From positions 496,001-560,000 of the forward strand of contig JADIIX010000001.1 of NCBI GenBank assembly GCA_027604505.1: 64,000 nucleotides of DNA, given 5' to 3'. The stretch comes from Gonapodya sp. JEL0774 (taxonomy: Eukaryota). Positions 61,561 to 64,000 of this stretch are shown in pieces. Below the pieces are notes generated by a model. That model was given only the letters and a program-made list of their open reading frames with translations. It was not told the DNA's origin and ran no database searches. How positions within the stretch are numbered: the first letter of the stretch is position 1; each line of letters starts with the position of its first letter. The translations under genes and the position numbers were made by a program.

Positions 61561-64000
61561 TTATCTTGAATGAGAATACCTTGACGGGTCTCTGTAGTAT
61601 GCTGCCCTCGAATCCTCCCTTCTCCTGTCTCTGTCTCTTTCGAGCTCCAATACATCTCTGTGCCTCTCCCTCTCAACCACTTCCCTCCCCCTCGCTCTTC
61701 CCAATACAACCCTCTCCAGCACATCTCTTTCCAGAACTAAACGCTCCCTCTCCCTAGTGAGCTCAATCTCACGGTGTTTTAGTTCCAGTTCTCGCGCACG
61801 AGCACGGATTGCACGGTCCACCGAGGAATCGCGCTCACGCTTCAGATCATAATATCCGTCACGAGAAATCAGGATACGTTCGCGATCACGCTCCAAGAAT
61901 CGATCGTGGGCGATGGCACGTTCACGGTCACTGTCCAAATAACGATCCCGATCGTCCAGGTCACCGTAAGAAGAGCGCTTGCGATCGTAGTCGTAGTCTC
62001 GGTCAGAGAACCGGTCAAATGAGGCGTAGCCACGATCCCTAAGGCGCTCCTCTTCCAAGCGTTCCAGGTACACTCGATGTCGATCCCGCAAACGATCTCC
62101 GGTAATGCGGTCATAATGGAAATGATCTCGTTCTCGGAGCCTGTCATCGTCCAACCGATCTACAAAAGGTCGATCGCGATCGTGTCTCAGACGTGACGGA
62201 CTCGGATTTCGCGATGTTCTCTCATCACCATAATCCCGCCTTGTCGTTCGCGCAGCATCGTGCGGGACCCGGTCGTCGTATCGTGACAATTCACGCCTGT
62301 AATCGCCATGATTGTGCAGGTCTGGGTCCCGCTTGGTATCTCCAAATGTCTGCAGAGACCGTCTCCCTGGATGCACATCCTCGTTCACAGCCCGTCGGTC
62401 TCTCTCGTGCGTAGCAGGTCCACGCTGCTGCCAATCGTATTCCCGCTCACTAGAGCGTCTCCTTTTTCGATCAACATCTTCATCAGACACAGTCCAGTGC
62501 AGGTCCTTCCTGCTGACATATGGGAGCGCTGCTGACACAGATGGAGAGTCCAACGCGGTGGCTTCTTCCACCACGAACTCCCGAAACTCCGCGGTATTGC
62601 GAGCATAGTATCCGTGAGCAACCGCTGTATCCCTATCTACCGCGTGGTGGAAGACGACCACCACCACAGTGTTGCCAAGCATGTAGGCTGGGTCCCTAGC
62701 ATCCCTTACTCGCAGATAAGCATCCACGAAGTCCCGTGAAGGCACTTGAAGCCCCACAGTGAGGAATCTAGTGACAAGTTCACGAACGGAAGATGGTGAT
62801 GTGGAAAGGGGAAGTCCCGTGTTGTAGATATATGCCGCTCGCCTCCTCTCTACAGCCGCTTCCAAACCATTCGAGCCTCCCACTTTGATCCCAGAAAGTG
62901 GCAAATTGTTCTGATCCTCCGAGTGCGTCTTCAATTGTGCAATACTCCGATCTTGGGAAGCAGGATTGGCTCCATCCCAAGTGAAATCCTCCTGATTTCT
63001 AGACTCTGAGGCTCCACGCATGAAAGTTGGACTCTCGGGTTCCAAAAAATCGCCTTCCCTGACTTCACCCTCCTCTACTCCGTCGTTGTCTGACATCGAG
63101 CTGGTGACTATCCCCGTTGGAGAAAGAATGCTTGATAGAAATTTGTCTGCGTCGTCTGCAGCGAGCTCTTGTGAAACAGGCTCCACGGAGGGTTTTTCTG
63201 TCGCTTGTGGGATGACTTGGGTTACAACATTGCCGACCGCTGGATACTCGGTCGCCACAGGGGGACCAGTGGGCATTATGTACACAAGTTGCGGTGAGCC
63301 GTTGATCGGGAAGAGAACAGGTACTGCTCCAACCAGTGGAGCACCTGGTACCAATGCGCTTGGTGGAACCGGCACAGTCGAGGGAAGTACTGAGGTACTG
63401 AAGGCATTCGGCGGCCGCATTGCGGAGCTTGAAGTGTCGCTGGTGGGTACTACAGGATACATTTGAGGGGCCTCCTGCACTTGTGGCACAGCAGGGTTCA
63501 CTTCCGCAGGCCCATGTGAACTCAAAGATACTGCTGCACGAACGGGTTTCGGGTTCAGTGGGATAGACAAGCTAGCTTCAGATTGTGCTATGTTCACACG
63601 GAGAGATAAAGCAGCTGAAACAGGGGGAGGGACCAAAGTGGCCGCCGGGAGAGAAGAAATCGATGGTGCAAGAGCGGGAAGAGCAATCGAGGGTGCTGGC
63701 TGAGGAGTTGCATTTGGTGGGAAACAGATTGGTTTTGAGGTATTGGGTGTCTCAGAGCGGACTCTCGCAACATAACCCGCAGGGGGCGGCTCAAACGCAA
63801 CGTCAAAGGGATCCGGTCTGTTGAGAATCTCAGAATCGGTCGATGAGTCGCTACTGACAAGTTGCTTCCCGTGGCCGAATGCAGCAGGTTCGCCAGCAAG
63901 TGCAGGTGATTGCTCACGAGGGGTCCATTTCTTCGCACGAGTTTTTAGATTACCCAGTTCGTGACGGTATTGTGTTAGGTGCGACGAAAGTTCTGAAAGA
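61561..64000 (-). CDS. Large Pro-rich protein with RRM-like segment and Arg/Asp/Glu (RD/RE) tail; 5' end probably outside window
   Basis: 691-aa ORF at 61561-63636 containing RRAAYIYNTGLP...VVVVVFHHAVDRDTAV (RRM-like) followed by RDRDR/ERER repeats typical of RNA-processing factors. Confidence 0.65.
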   Translation of the reverse strand, partial: LSELSSHLTQYRHELGNLKTRAKKWTPREQSPALAGEPAAFGHGKQLVSSDSSTDSEILNRPDPFDVAFEPPPAGYVARVRSETPNTSKPICFPPNATPQPAPSIALPALAPSISSLPAATLVPPPVSAALSLRVNIAQSEASLSIPLNPKPVRAAVSLSSHGPAEVNPAVPQVQEAPQMYPVVPTSDTSSSAMRPPNAFSTSVLPSTVPVPPSALVPGAPLVGAVPVLFPINGSPQLVYIMPTGPPVATEYPAVGNVVTQVIPQATEKPSVEPVSQELAADDADKFLSSILSPTGIVTSSMSDNDGVEEGEVREGDFLEPESPTFMRGASESRNQEDFTWDGANPASQDRSIAQLKTHSEDQNNLPLSGIKVGGSNGLEAAVERRRAAYIYNTGLPLSTSPSSVRELVTRFLTVGLQVPSRDFVDAYLRVRDARDPAYMLGNTVVVVVFHHAVDRDTAVAHGYYARNTAEFREFVVEEATALDSPSVSAALPYVSRKDLHWTVSDEDVDRKRRRSSEREYDWQQRGPATHERDRRAVNEDVHPGRRSLQTFGDTKRDPDLHNHGDYRRELSRYDDRVPHDAARTTRRDYGDERTSRNPSPSRLRHDRDRPFVDRLDDDRLRERDHFHYDRITGDRLRDRHRVYLERLEEERLRDRGYASFDRFSDRDYDYDRKRSSYGDLDDRDRYLDSDRERAIAHDRFLERDRERILISRDGYYDLKRERDSSVDRAIRARARELELKHREIELTRERERLVLERDVLERVVLGRARGREVVERERHRDVLELERDRDRRREDSRAAYYRDPSRYSHSR

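Noticed and set aside
1..64000. Transposons, tRNA, rRNA, CRISPR, prokaryotic operons
   Set aside because: I saw no transposase/RT motifs, terminal repeats, tRNA cloverleafs or repeat-spacer arrays. The prokaryote-like genes all carry spliceosomal introns.

Overview
This is gene-dense, intron-rich eukaryotic DNA, most likely from an early-diverging (chytrid/zoosporic-type) fungus. That assignment is an inference from short GT-AG introns, a fungal-length tropomyosin, an AA11-type LPMO, GNL1 and an undivided Mad3/Bub1 gene. About 26 protein genes can be reconstructed by hand: MBOAT acyltransferase, PfpI/DJ-1, tropomyosin, Yta7/ATAD2, AA11-like LPMO, GNL1, Argonaute, a PPR protein, two F-box proteins, taspase-1, RRP40, HAD hydrolase, P450, AhpD/CMD, NmrA-like reductase, adenosine-specific kinase, a PP1-binding protein, MadBub, class II aldolase, a CCCH zinc-finger protein, synaptobrevin, Yos1 and three uncharacterised proteins. 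I recognised no rRNA, tRNA, CRISPR array or transposon. The main highlights are: (1) three intron-containing genes of prokaryotic type, namely an adenosine-specific kinase (DUF355/PAE2307 family), an AhpD/CMD gene with an added mitochondrial-like presequence, and a PfpI built from 6-19 nt micro-exons; two of these lie in a HAD-P450-AhpD-NmrA-kinase run that could be a metabolic cluster; (2) a tropomyosin gene whose phase-0 two-exon cassette gives exactly 199-aa or 161-aa products; (3) a stretch of about 1.4 kb with no credible protein that carries splice signals and hairpins. All exon models were deduced by eye, and no database search was run.
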